A stretch of 63,060 bases of DNA, filler included, from Octopus bimaculoides (lineage: Eukaryota), in the NCBI RefSeq assembly GCF_001194135.2. It is 5 parts of 3 records of this genome, joined end to end, with 100 filler letters (N's around TTAATTAATTAA, not from the genome) between each part and the next. Parts side by side here need not be neighbours in the genome. Positions count along the whole stretch, not along the records: positions 39,128 to 59,365 come from NC_068981.1; positions 59,466 to 61,268 come from NW_026391092.1; 3 more parts are not named here. The stretch is one strand, 5' to 3'. The position numbers and the translations under genes are program-made. This document shows, in pieces, positions 48,074 to 60,815 of this stretch. Numbering within the stretch: position 1 is the first letter of the stretch; the number at the start of each line of letters is the position of its first letter. The notes beneath the pieces are model-generated. The model made no database searches. It saw only the letters and a program-made list of their open reading frames with translations, and had not been told where the DNA came from.

Positions 48074-51000
48074 AGTAGATATATTTTCATATATAAGAGT
48101 GTATAAGTATTTATACACAGAGAAGTGTATATATAAATGTGTGTATGTGAGTATGTATGTATATGCATATGTAGGTGTGTGTGTGTGTGTGTGTATTTAT
48201 ATACACAAATATATATATATNNNNNNNNNNNNNNNNNNNNNNNNNNNNNNNNNNNNNNNNNNNNNNNNNNNNNNNNNNNNNNNNNNNNNNNNNNNNNNNN
48301 NNNNNNNNNNNNNNNNNNNNNNNNNNNNNNNNNNNNNNNNNNNNNNNNNNNNNNNNNNNNNNNNNNNNNNNNNNNNNNNNNNNNNNNNNNNNNNNNNNNN
48401 NNNNNNNNNNNNNNNNNNNNNNNNNNNNNNNNNNNNNNNNNNNNNNNNNNNNNNNNNNNNNNNNNNNNNNNNNNNNNNNNNNNNNNNNNNNNNNNNNNNN
48501 NNNNNNNNNNNNNNNTGTGTGTGTGTGTGTGTGTGTGTGTGTGCATGTGTGTGCATGTGAGTGGGTGAAAATATATGTTTAAATATAATAAAAATGCTGG
48601 AGCCACCAAATTTCTGTAAAGTATAAATGAAATCGCCAGAAGAGAAATGTGATGACAAATCATTCATTTTCAATTCATCTTTTTTATTGTTAAAAGTCTG
48701 TATGGATTGTGATGGGCAACATAAGACTTGTATTAACAGATTAGCTGGGCAGCTAATGTGGTTTTGTGTAGATGATTGAGAGAAGTGGAGAGAGAAAGGG
48801 TGATTAAATGAATATGAATATTGATAGTCAAAATGTAGCCCTTAATTGCTAGTTGGAGTTAGGTCACTTAATATTGCCAACTCTTCATACTTGGAGAATC
48901 TCACCATCCATGTCACCTAATAGGGAAATATTGCCTGATCTGATATGACAGCATTCTGTTTGCTGTCAAAAAACTTCTCCTTTCTAGGATGTGGCTGCCT
49001 GTTGCCTATCATTGCTGGTGACTGACATTTTAGAGTCCATATACATATGTATTGTCAGACATCAGTACACAGAAAATCCTTTGCCAGCCTATTTCTATAA
49101 TCAAGAGCTCGTGCTCTTGAGAGATTCACTGATACAGCAGGGTAGCCATGAGTGAGGAAACACACAATAAGGTTGAAACACAGTGGTGTCTTAAAGTTTC
49201 CTTACACCAGTGAATTGCATGTGCTATGAATACACATCACCTTAAGGGAAGCGGTATTCTCTGATGGTAAAACAAACAGTGATCTGACATTCAGGTTTCA
49301 GTCTGCAAAAATGTATTAAGAACGAATGGATATGTTATTGTTTGGAATCTCATTGTTCCACATACTACCTTTGATTATTAATTAAAATACAAAGTACATG
49401 TAAAATAGAGAAATAACATGACATAGAAATATAGAATGTTGCAATGATGATATATAAGAAACTATAGGGTTGTAATGATTATTATGGGCTTGGAATGGTC
49501 AGTAAATAACTAAGTTAAATAGAAATTATCAATTTTTTTATTTATACAATTATACGAATGTGTGAGATGTTATAAAATAATGATAGTGCATGATTGTTCA
49601 GTGCTATTTCATTTAATCCAGAGATGTATATTTGACAAGACCCTTATATAAGCAGAGGAGTTTTGGGCTTTGTTCTTGTATTTACTTAATTTGCAGCTTT
49701 TTTGCAGCTGTGCATAAACTGCATCTTTTTGTGTATTTCTATACAACTGGCTTTGCTCAAGGACATCCACTTGCTATCGAAACAATTATCATATTCTTTT
49801 GAATCTACGATCTAATTGGACAATGTTGCAGAGTTCTTTCTTTCTATGTTCCTGAAGGAAGTAGTATGATTGATTAAAATCTATTGAATTATCTTCAGCC
49901 ACACTTCTAGAGTGTTTAGGCCCAATATTAAGGGTCAGTTCGGTGAAAAATATGTTTCATATATGATTACTTTTGCACTACATAACTATGACTGATGAAG
50001 TAGGATTTGGAATTTTGCTCCTGCTAGCTGTGGTTATTTTGTTAGTTTTTGTGTTATAATGATTTTCCCATAAATACACTAATACCATCCTTAATAAATT
50101 TAAATACAACGTTAAGAATATTAAGATATCAGAAAAAATAATACTCTGTAATAAAAAACAAACATTTCAATTAAATATTACCCTGATTGTTTAGAATATA
50201 AACATTGAAGTCAAAAATATAGCTCCTAAAATTAATTTAGATTACATTTTAGAATGTCTATTTAGTCACAAAGTATGTTTAATATTTAGCAATCACAAAA
50301 TACTTAAACAAAATTTATGTATCATGCATTAAAGAATATTTCCTGACACATACATGTTTCTGGTAGTAGCGTAGCTGACAGAAGATAAAATACACATGTA
50401 CCTTTGTCTGGGGCATGACTTTAAATAAGAGTGGACTAAAAAAATATTTCACAAGCATTTAGAAAGTAATATAATACATGCTTTTGAAATATTTTTATGT
50501 TAATGAGATATGAAATTTATCATTTAGTCACAGTCATTTTCATTTATAACTGCTTTAGAATAGAACAGAAAATTTGCTGTAAAAAATGTTTTATGATCAA
50601 CTTACAAAATGGTTGCTGTATTATTACTGAGAAAATATTTCTCTTCATTGCCAGAAAATATCTCATGTGTAAAGGATTTATAGATAAGTTGATGAATATA
50701 GACAAAAAAATATTATCTACTACAGAGTATTGATATACAAGATATCTTATACTTAAATGCATTTAGCACAATAAAATAGAAGCTTTTTATTATACAGAGA
50801 CAAAATTCATATATGAGGCATTAAAGTATCTCACTTGATATATGTATTTTATATAAGCATATTTAAGCTTCTGTTATTTAGTGCTAAATAGAATTAAGTA
50901 TAAGATGATTTATATATGAATATTCTGGTGTGGATAATATCTTTTGTCTATCTTCATTGAGTTCTTCAAGAATTCTGCACACATGAAGTACTTTCTTGTT

Positions 51001-52152
51001 ATCATGAATAACATTGCTTCGACATTAATATCATACTCATTTTTGTAAGTTACAATCAATTTTTAAATGCAAGTTTGTGAGATTTGAGTTCTTTTTATAA
51101 AAAATTTTACAACTCAAACTGTTGGCAATGAAAAGCAGTTTCATTTCATATATTATTTCCTGTATTCTTTAGAAATTTTAATTCATTGTTAGTTAGTCAT
51201 GATACTGGGAAAGTTGCATCAGCTTCTACCTGGTAAAATGTTACCTAAAAGAACACATGGACAGTGAGATGTTTTAATGTCTAATAAATATATTTTGCAT
51301 ACATATAATCTAGCTTTTATGTTACGATGTTAAAATATTTAAGTATAAAGTATTTTTCATGCCAGCATTCTGACATAGATAATATTTTGTCTATTTGTTC
51401 AATGAGTTCTCAAAAATCATTTACATATGTGTTTTCTTGTGAAAAATACCACTTTCCCACATTAATGCATACATACACAGTAAAACATAGATGTGATGAT
51501 TAAATAACAAGAGTACAATGAGAAAGATTAATTTAATTATTGACATTTGTTTTCCTCTTGTTATTTAATCACTATATATACTCTGTGATTCTTACAATCT
51601 GTGCATCGGCAACATATGATTATGTGTATGGTAACACAAATACATTTTCTGGGTATATGTACAGGAATGTAATAGAACATATGGAGTTCTAAATAAATAG
51701 CATTATGTCAAGTCTTATAAGGACTCATTAAAAAAAATTTATGTATATTTATATATTTGGAGAGAAGATTTTTTTATAAAAGCAAAGCCTACACACATTT
51801 TGTGAAATCTCTTCCCAAAGGCTAGTGTCTTTCAACTTTCTAAAAAGGTTCTTTTCTCAATCTTAACTCTTTGAGAAAAAATCTTCTCTCCAAATATAAC
51901 TGTATCAAGGAATTTCCAAAACATTCTAAGGATANNNNNNNNNNNNNNNNNNNNNNNNNNNNNNNNNNNNNNNNNNNNNNNNNNNNNNNNNNNNNNNNNN
52001 NNNNNNNNNNNNNNNNNNNNNNNNNNNNNNNNNNNNNNNNNNNNNNNNNNNNNNNNNNNNNNNNNNNNNNNNNNNNNNNNNNNNNNNNNNNNNNNNNNNN
52101 NNNNNNNNNNNNNNNNNNNNNNNNNNNNNNNNNNNNNNNNNNNNNNNNNNNN

Positions 52153-52195
<43 letters not shown>

Positions 52196-52224
52196 CGCAG
52201 GAGTGGCTGTGTGGTAAGTTTATT

Positions 52225-53574
52225 GTTGTGACGTGATGGGTGTTGAACAATATGATCGTAGTGAATGGAGACTCTTATAGCTAGTTCAAAAAGAGTTTAA
52301 AATGTATATTACTCCACAACATAAACTTAGCCAATAAGGAGTGTTATACAAAATATCTGTATTTCCTGTGTTTATGGGATAGCCAAGCAAAATACAAACA
52401 TTGGGAATACAAACTCTGGCCAATTAGGTAAAGTTTGACAGTTGGGGAGAATAATATCATACACCAGCTACTTGTTGTGTGAGAGAAAAATCCTCTTCCT
52501 ATCCCTTCACCCCTTCATATTAAACTAGGACTAACAAAACAATTTGTCAAAGCTATGGCTGGTATTTTGATGGGCCACATATCAGAAAGTTAATGAAATG
52601 TCAGAATTTCTTGAGCTCGATGACTGACATAAAAAAAAGAGCATAGGATTCATTTGTGGCTCTTGTGAGAGGATCTTTGGGAAGTGAAGAGGCTGCAAAC
52701 TACAAGGATTTGGTGGAGACATTAATTGATAGCTTTCATCTTTTAGGTTGCAGCATGAGCATAAAGCTTCATTTCCTCAATAACCATCGCAATGAATTTT
52801 CTGCTAATCTCAGAGATGTGAGCAATGAGCATGGTGAGCATTTTCATTAAGCAATAAAGATTATGGAGGAGAGATATCAAGGCCGATGGAGCACACATAT
52901 GATGGCAGACTACTGTTGGAGTATTCGAAGAGACTATGTAGACATGAAACACTCCAGACGCTCACACAAGTGGAAATTTGTTCTGTGAATATGAAGGTAT
53001 GTGAATGATGGTTTGTGTTTTACCTATCATATTAGAGAACTAAGTGGAGGCATGTGGCTTAGTGGTTGGGGTGTCAGCACCATGATCGTAAGATTGTGGT
53101 TTCGATTCCTGGACCGGGCGATGCGTTGTGTTCTTGAGCAAAACACTTCATTTCATGTTGCTTCAGTCCACTCAGCTGGCAAAAATGAGTAGTGCTGCGA
53201 TGGACTGACGTCCTGTCCAGCTGGGGAACACATACACCATTGAAACTGGGAAACCGGGTCCATGAGCCTGGCTAGGCTTTAAAGGGCACATTTATTATCT
53301 TTATTAGAGAACTAACAGCATGTATTTAGTAAAAAGTGATGCTATCTTACATTTCATTTATCATTTCATATTCTATTGACATTATAACTAATGTTTTGAA
53401 GCCATAAGACTTAATAGATAATTATTTATGAAGTACATGATAAAATAGGGATATGCTATAGAATGAAAACCTGACATGGTAGTAAAAAATGGATGCCATA
53501 TTTGAAATCAGCATCTCAAAATTAACTAAAAACAACCACAAAACTGAAGTCAGCAAAAAGTTTATTGACCAGTG
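52225..53574 (+). mobile_element. Chapaev3-like (CMC superfamily) DNA transposon relic with right end
   Basis: EWRL..SSK.SLKC.LLHN; TKYL.FLCLWDS; PLHIKLGL.KQFVKAM; LGCSMSIKLHFL..H; VSNEHGEHFH..IK.MEERYQGRWSTHMMADYCW. It ends ttgaccagtg (53574). The superfamily name comes from motif recall. Confidence 0.75.
53041..53295 (+). mobile_element. Family D (CORE-like) SINE inserted in the Chapaev 3'UTR
   Basis: A-box tggcttagtgg, B-box ggtttcgattcc, core gttgtgttcttgagcaaaacacttcatttcatgttgcttcagtccactcagctgg. Confidence 0.85.
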
Positions 53575-54350
53575 TAATCGTTGCAGTTAACTGGTTTTTA
53601 TCATCATAGGTTTTGTGAAAAAATAATGTTCTACAGTGAAGTTTAACAAAGCATGCATTACTCCCTTAGTGGCATGCCCCCCCCCCCACAACAACAACAG
53701 CACCAACAACTTTAGGTCCAGCAAGCATAAATATAAGATATTTTCATTTATTATGAATTATTGTTATTGTCATTGCTGGCAGCCGTTTTTTTTTTGTTGC
53801 CATGGGCTTTTGGAGACAACAATGCTTTTCAGTGAGATCTGACAAAACATGCACCACTCTGTCACCAGTACATATACATACATACATATAAACATATCTA
53901 ATCTATCTATCTATCTATCTANNNNNNNNNNNNNNNNNNNNNNNNNNNNNNNNNNNNNNNNNNNNNNNNNNNNNNNNNNNNNNNNNNNNNNNNNNNNNNN
54001 NNNNNNNNNNNNNNNNNNNNNNNNNNNNNNNNNNNNNNNNNNNNNNNNNNNNNNNNNNNNNNNNNNNNNNNNNNNNNNNNNNNNNNNNNNNNNNNNNNNN
54101 NNNNNNNNNNNNNNNNNNNNNNNNNNNNNNNNNNNNNNNNNNNNNNNNNNNNNNNNNNNNNNNNNNNNNNNNNNNNNNNNNNNNNNNNNNNNNNNNNNNN
54201 NNNNNNNNNNNNNNNNNNNNNNNNNNNNNNNNNNNNNNNNNNNNNNNNNNNNNNNNNNNNNNNNNNNNNNNNNNNNNNNNNNNNNNNNNNNNNNNNNNNN
54301 NNNNNNNNNNNNNNNNNNNNNNNNNNNNNNNNNNNNNNNNNNNNNNNNNN

Positions 54351-54383
<33 letters not shown>

Positions 54384-54413
54384 ATACATTTATTTATTTA
54401 TTCATTTATATAT

Positions 54414-55400
54414 CAGTGGTGTATGCTGGTCGTTATCACTGGGTATGTTGCCAAACTGACCATACTATGACTAAAATTAGTATTAGTTAGATTAGGCATG
54501 CAAACTGTGTATTTCTATTCAAAATGTGGGATCCAAAATGTAAATAATGTAAATTTAATTCAATTGGGATATATAGCACTGAAGTAAACTGAATTAATAT
54601 TACTCTATAAATTGTAAGCATTTTAAAATAAGCCATAATTTTCTTATGCACACACACTGAAAAATAAGAAACCATATAATTTTACTTACTTAAATTACTC
54701 ATTAAGTTCTCTTCTTCTTTGAGATGTAAAACGTTTGAAGATCTCATTGTACAATGAGCCACTTTGCTTGAGCTGCATTAGTACACATTTTTCATTTGAA
54801 AGTAAACCAAGGCTATTTAGTTTTTCCTGACTTTGTGATCCACGAAAGCAAGTATTTATTCCTTTTGGAGCAGAAAACGTGCATTTTGCTGAAGTGGTGT
54901 TGCTAAGTATAGTTAGAATTAACTCAGCCAAACGAAATACTTCTTTGAAGCTAGATGTGATGCATCTTGCTTTCATCAACTCAATTAGTTCATGCACATT
55001 TCTTTGTGAAAACTCAGGGCAGGCATATAAAACTAGAAACTCAGTTTTCAAGCAAATGTGATCAAAGACAGAACCATAGAAATACTTCAATTTAATCAGT
55101 AAGTGATGAGGGAATTTAATTTTGTGAGCTTCAAATTTTTCATGCCAAAGAAGTTAGAAAAACCTAAGCTTTGAAAGTGAAGAGTTTCTGCATTAACTCT
55201 GCATGCAAAGGTTGTCTGCAATATTTTGATACGATCCAAAATAAAAGTTCTTTTCATCCCCTTCAGATAATCAAGGCCTTTTATATCTTTGGTATCCACT
55301 ATCACTATTTTTGGATACAGTGGAATCCCACATTAAATTTTAAATAGAATGCCTATGCACACAACTAAGAAAATCACAAAATTCACTGAGCAAAATATCA
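54414..55400 (-). mobile_element. hAT transposase C-terminal relic (dimerisation domain) with TIR-like end
   Basis: FKEVFRLAELILTI..TTSAK.TFSA.K.I.T.FR.SQSQEKL.SL.LLS.EK matches the hAT dimerisation motif. cagtggtgta at 54414 resembles hAT termini. Confidence 0.8.
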
Positions 55401-55729
55401 ACGCACAACTTCTCAGAATTTGACCTGACTTAAGTTTTGTTTCTGGCTTCTAAAAGTGTATTAATAGTTTTGAAAACAAATTAAGATCAAAGTTATATTG
55501 ATAATCATCAAAAAAAAATTTATTGTAAAAGAATTAGTTATAGTTTAGGAATTTTAAACTAATTTAAACATGTGACTTCTCACCACAGAAACGAACATGT
55601 GACCGTGCTGCCAAACTGTCACACACCCTTCACCATTAATTTTTGCCTTCTCCCATTAACTTACAATATGGCCAGTACCATATTATGATAGAAAGTGTTG
55701 TGAGGTGTGCAGTGTTATTTCAGGACACC

Positions 55730-56170
55730 CCCACAACATTTCAATCAGCGTTATAACAAAAGTTTAACAACAAACTTTTCTCACTAAAAATTTTACACAA
55801 TATGTCTATTAAAGTTTATGTCAGAAGGTTTTTTTAGAAGTACATAATTACTGCAATGCTCATGTTCTCCTGTTGTTAGTTTTCTTAAGATGCATTTTCA
55901 TATTGTTATCCCAATCTTTGCACTCTTTTTTGAAGATCTGCTCCTATTTTCTATAGTATGCTTCGAAGGTAACTCCTTCGTTTGGTTCATATTTAAGTTC
56001 CATTATAGAGTTTGCAACATATTCTGATGACAACACCTTTCCAGCATTTTTAGATGACTTATTATTCATTGATTGTGACATTTGTTGTTGTAATAGTAAT
56101 TGTTATTGTTGTTCTTTCAGTTGTTGTTGTTGCTGTTTTTGCAACTTGAGCAAACCGGCCAACTAATCAT
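55730..56170 (-). pseudogene. Gypsy/Ty3 gag N-terminal relic
   Basis: LLKLQKQQQQQLKEQQ...ELKYEPNEGVTFEAYYRK.EQIF.KEC.DW...RKLTTGEHE...NYVL.KKPSDINF. Confidence 0.75.
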
Positions 56171-56301
56171 CTATAATTTTATGACTGTATACCATAAAAT
56201 TTGCACAAAAAACTTTTGTGAGTTTTGTAACTCCTTGTGAGTTTTGTAACTCCTTGTGAGTTTGTTAATTCCTCATGAGTATGTTAGATTATCATCACCA
56301 C

Positions 56302-56503
56302 TGTTGTAATCATTTGTCAGACTGTTATAACGCCCACTCTGGTATAGCAGTATATTTAGTTAGACAAGTAAAGACATGACTATCTATTGACTATTCAGCT
56401 GACACACTCCTTGTCTTCTTACATCATAGTATTTATAATGACTAGCACATACCACTTGTCACGTGGGAGGGGTTTTCCATTATTACTATTGTCATCATAA
56501 CAT
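56302..56503 (-). mobile_element. Gypsy 5' LTR (202 bp, TG...CA) followed by a PBS
   Basis: Minus strand begins tgttatgatg and ends attacaaca. It is followed by g-tggtgatga (56292-56300), a CpG-decayed tggcgacga PBS-like motif. An internal tataaata is present, and gag lies downstream. Confidence 0.7.
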
Positions 56504-56719
56504 TTACTATATGCAGTTTTCTATTAAGCAACCATTAATATATTACAGCAACATTGGTGCACACCACCATGAGCGACACCATTATAATAAGATAAAAAAT
56601 CATCAGATGAGAGAAAGAAAGCCAGTGACAGTAGCATGGTTCGAAGGTTTGACGAGGCATAAAAAAAAAAACTCTCCAAACATGAACCCAATGCTACTCC
56701 AACAATTAGATGATTTTGA

Positions 56720-56925
56720 AATGTTTCTAGTTTAGGCACAAGGTAAGCAAGTGGTAGGTATTTATTTGGTTATATTGAGCCCTGTACTTGACTGGTGCCT
56801 TATCATATCACTCCGAAAGGATGAGAGGAAAGTTAATCTCAGTGGGATTTGAACTCAGAAGGTAAAGAGCTGGAAATATACTGTTAAGCATTGTATCTGA
56901 TATTAACGATTTTGCCAGCTGACAA
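56720..56925 (-). mobile_element. Family C SINE (diverged)
   Basis: taggcacaagg...gaaaggatgagaggaaag...gatttgaactcagaa...ttttgccagct. Confidence 0.75.
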
Positions 56926-57276
56926 TCTTCAAGCTGATATAGAAATGATCACACTTCTTATTCATTTCAAGGGTGATATCTGGTTGGTTTAATTTCTCAG
57001 TCAATTTCTATCCACAAGCTCGGTGGTAGTAGCAAATATTCAGCATGTTCCAGTGCGATATAGCTTAACTTCTTAAATGTGTTTTCAATGACTAATTTAT
57101 ATTATGCTATGTATTGCCTGTTCTAACTTGTAAAGGATCAAGTGATTACTATTTTTTATAGTATTATGATAATAAAGCTACACAAGACAGTACATAATTT
57201 TTTTTATTACTATTGCGAAGCAAAGCAAATGAATTTTGCCTTTTTTTATATAATTTTGTAAGCCAATAAATAACTA

Positions 57277-57289
57277 AATAATAATAATG

Positions 57290-57359
<70 letters not shown>
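57277..57359. repeat. (AAT)n microsatellite
   Basis: Direct reading. Confidence 0.95.
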
Positions 57360-57360
<1 letters not shown>

Positions 57361-57361
<1 letters not shown>

Positions 57362-58440
57362 TTAGTAGTTTACATGGGAGGCTGAGGGAACAACTTCAGG
57401 ATTGCTCTAATGGAGGAATAATGCCAGATTGGATGACTAGAGGGAGAATGATACTCCTTATGAAAGATAAAAGCAAGAGTAATATAGCTAGCAATTATAG
57501 ACCAATCACTTGCTCACCATTAGTGTGGAAGCTGCTAACAGAAATGCTTTCAGAAAACATTTATGAGCACCTTGGCAACCAGAATTTACTACCAGAAGAA
57601 CAGAAAGGTTGCAGGAAGAAGGCTAGAGGAACACATGGTCTATATTACATAGACAAAGCAGTTCTAAATGAAGTAAAAACTTGAAAGAAAAATCTAACAA
57701 TAGCATGGATAGATTATAGGAAAACCTATGACATGATCCCACACTCAAGAATAAGTGAATGTTTGAGTGTATTCAGTATAGCAGACAACATAAGAGAATT
57801 AATTAGCTGTAGCATGAAGAAATGGAAAGTAGATCTCTACTCAGGTGACACGGTCTTAGGGAAAGTTAATATCGAGAGAGGAATTTTCCAAGGGGACTTG
57901 TTCTTCCCTTTAGTATTTGTCTTACATTTGATACCCCACAGTTTAGTATTAAGAAAGGCAAAGGCAGGGTACTAGTTCAAAAATAGTAAGGGAAAAATTA
58001 ACTATTTGCTCTACATGGATGATCTGAAACTTTTTAGTAAGAATGAAAAAAAAGATAGATTCTTTAATACAGACTAAGATTCTACAGCAATGCTATAGGC
58101 ATGCAATTTGGCATAGATAAGTGTGCAATATTATGAGAAGGAGACAGGTAGTCAACAGTGAAGGCATCCAATTACCAGATGGCCAGACATTAAAATCATT
58201 GAAAGGAGAGAGTTTTAAGTATCTCTGAGTATTAGAATCTGACAGAGTACTAACTATAGAAATGAAAATGAAAATTGAGAATGAGTACAGCAGAAGGGTG
58301 AGGAAGCTAATGAAGTCAAAACTAAATGGTCTGAATCTAGTGAAGGCTGTAAATACTTGGGCAGTATCATTACTTAGATACTCTGCAGCTTTTGTAGATT
58401 GGACAAAAACTGAATTAGCAAAGCTAGACAGAAGAACTAA
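57361..58440 (+). pseudogene. Dong/R4-clade non-LTR RT relic (copy 2)
   Basis: MPDWMTRGR.ILLMKDKSK...SNYRPITC.PLVWKLLT...LPEEQKGCRK..RGT...IDKAVL; RGIFQGDL..PL.FV; LLYMDDLKLF; KSKLNG.NLVKAVNTWAVSLLRYSA. Confidence 0.88.
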
Positions 58441-58444
58441 ATGG

Positions 58445-58620
58445 AATCAATATATATGGAGGACTCAAATCGACATTACCTGTACAGGCACATGATGTTC
58501 TACATGTCAATGATTGTGGAGAAATGTGAAAAGAAGTGTTTTGCTGAAGAACACAACACAACACCCACTCTAGGAATCGATCAGTGATCTTACAATTGTG
58601 AGAGCAACACCTTAACCACA
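58445..58620 (-). mobile_element. Family D (CORE-like) SINE, diverged
   Basis: Minus strand gtggttaaggtgttg...gatcgattcc...gttgtgttcttcagcaaaacacttc. Confidence 0.65.
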
Positions 58621-59076
58621 ATCTATAAATCTCTCATATTTGTCATTCTAGGCCATCTAAATATGAGAGGTTTTTTTTTCCTGCTGTACCCTGTATATTT
58701 CAGTATGTGTGTGTGTGTGCACGCGCGTGTGTGTGTGTGTGCATGTGCATAAAACCAATATTGCTTTTTGTTTTGAAATTAGTTGTCAGTCTGCAGTTAC
58801 TTGCAGTTTCTAAATAAATAAAGGTCTCCTTTATAAGTTCACTAAATAATGCTGTTAGAGAAATGATTACAGAAATCTTTTAATAACCATCATAGTGAAT
58901 TTTCAGAAATGTCTTGGCTGTCCTGAATGACTGAAATCAATGAAGCAAATGTTTTTCTAAATTTATCTTGACTCTTATTTATATGGCATACCTACAAGTG
59001 TGAGACACCCCTCCACCACTTTTTTTCCTAATAACTTCCAGAAAAATGGATATTTCTTAATGAAATTTTCTAGAAA

Positions 59077-59365
59077 TAGGTGCAGGAGTGGCTGTGTGGT
59101 AAGTAATTTTCTTACCAGCCACATGGTTCTGGGTTCAGTCCCACTGCATGGCACCTTGGGCAAGTGTCTTCTACTGTAGCCTCGGGCTGACCAAAGCCTT
59201 GTGAGTGGATTTGGTAGACGGAAACAGAAAGAAGTCCGTTGTATATATGTATATGTATATATAAATATGTGTGTTTGTGTGTCTGTGTTTGTCCCCACCG
59301 ACATCGTTTGACAACCGATGCTGGTGGGTTTACGTCCCCGTAACTTAGCGGTTCGGCAAAAGAGA
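59077..59365 (+). mobile_element. Young family A SINE running into a gap
   Basis: Head, short internal tract and start of the second half. Confidence 0.9.
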
Positions 59366-59479
59366 NNNNNNNNNNNNNNNNNNNNNNNNNNNNNNNNNNN
59401 NNNNNNNNNTTAATTAATTAANNNNNNNNNNNNNNNNNNNNNNNNNNNNNNNNNNNNNNNNNNNNTCTTGAAATACTAA

Positions 59480-60130
59480 AGAGTAAATATATTCAATAGA
59501 AACACCATTGGCTTCAACTATGGCCTGGAGACAACTTCGGCATCTCCTATAACTCTTCTGGACAGTCGCCATGTTTAAGTTGGTGCATGCTTCCATAATA
59601 CCTGCCTGAAGTTCATATTTGGTGTTACAACGAGATTTGTTCGTGTCTCTCTCAACTGCCACCCACATATAATAACTGCAGTCTGTGGAGTTAGGTGGCC
59701 AGACGTAAGGTGTAGTGTGGTCACAGAAATTATCTGATAGGCATGACTGGGTTCTCCTACTTGTGTGGCATGGTGCAGAGTCCTATTGCCAGACATAGTT
59801 TTCCAGCAGTTACACACTTGAACCAGGAAAGCACTACGACCTCCAGGCACTTGATGTAGGCTTCTGTGTTGAGTCTGAGACCGTGTGGGAAGATGAATGG
59901 CGGCAAAACGTTGCTGTCACTAGTTCTCACTCTAAATACCATGATGGTGACTGGATGTTTGATATTCATCACTCCCGTTACAGGTTTTGGGGTCACGGCA
60001 AGCCAACGGTGGTTCGGTGTGTTCACCATCTGTTCTTAGTGGAGCATCCGGCGCGAATGCGAAGCTGTACGGCATGTTGTTTCCAAATTTGTGGCAGACT
60101 AAATTGCGTTATGGTGCTATTGTTCTAACA
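59480..60130 (-). mobile_element. maT/DD37D Tc1/mariner relic with large internal deletion
   Basis: IRAGCSTK is joined directly to NHRWLA.TPK.V..VMNIKHP.TIMVF...PPFIFPHGLRLNTEAYIKCL...WQQDSAPCHTSRRTQ...WPPNS...IVEANG.SIE*. Confidence 0.85.
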
Positions 60131-60334
60131 GACAGTGCTCAACTAACCCTACTATACTGTATAATCGATAAAATTAAAAACCAATAAACCAGTAAAAAAT
60201 ATAATATGGCGACAATTTGCATATCGCACGCAGGACATATGTACACACACACACACACACTCACACACTCATGCACACACTGAAACACACACACGTATGT
60301 GTGGGTATGTATATATTTATGTGTGATTGTAAAC

Positions 60335-60373
<39 letters not shown>

Positions 60374-60629
60374 AATTCTCTAAATGAAGTATTATATATA
60401 TATATATATATTCATGAATCTTTAGTTAAATATATTATATACTGAATTTATATTGTGTGCTCTATTGTATCAAAGTATTAATGTTATTAAAGTATTTATA
60501 TTTTTAATACGAGCGATTATATTTTATTTTATTTTATATATGCTATTGAATGAGATTACAGAAAAGACTGAGTTTTACGTTATATTTTGTTATTCTATAC
60601 AATTTTAAAATGTTACGTGTAATATAATC

Positions 60630-60815
60630 CCAGCAACTTCAGGAAAGCGGGTAACTCGATTACATTTACCCCAGTACAGATTTGGTACTTATTTCATATA
60701 CCTAGAAAGGATCTAAGGCAATGTTGACCACGGAGGAATTTGAAATCACAACATGAAGACGGACGAAATGACGGTACGCCTTTTCCTTTTCCTACTAACG
60801 ATTCTGCCATAATAA
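60630..60815 (-). mobile_element. Family C SINE (diverged)
   Basis: tttggtacttatttc...gaaaggatctaaggcaatgttgacc...gaatttgaaatcac...acgattctgcca. Confidence 0.7.

Noticed and set aside
49616-49792. ~59-codon open stretch after a pyrimidine-rich acceptor-like site
   Set aside because: No recognisable homology or convincing donor site; compatible with chance.
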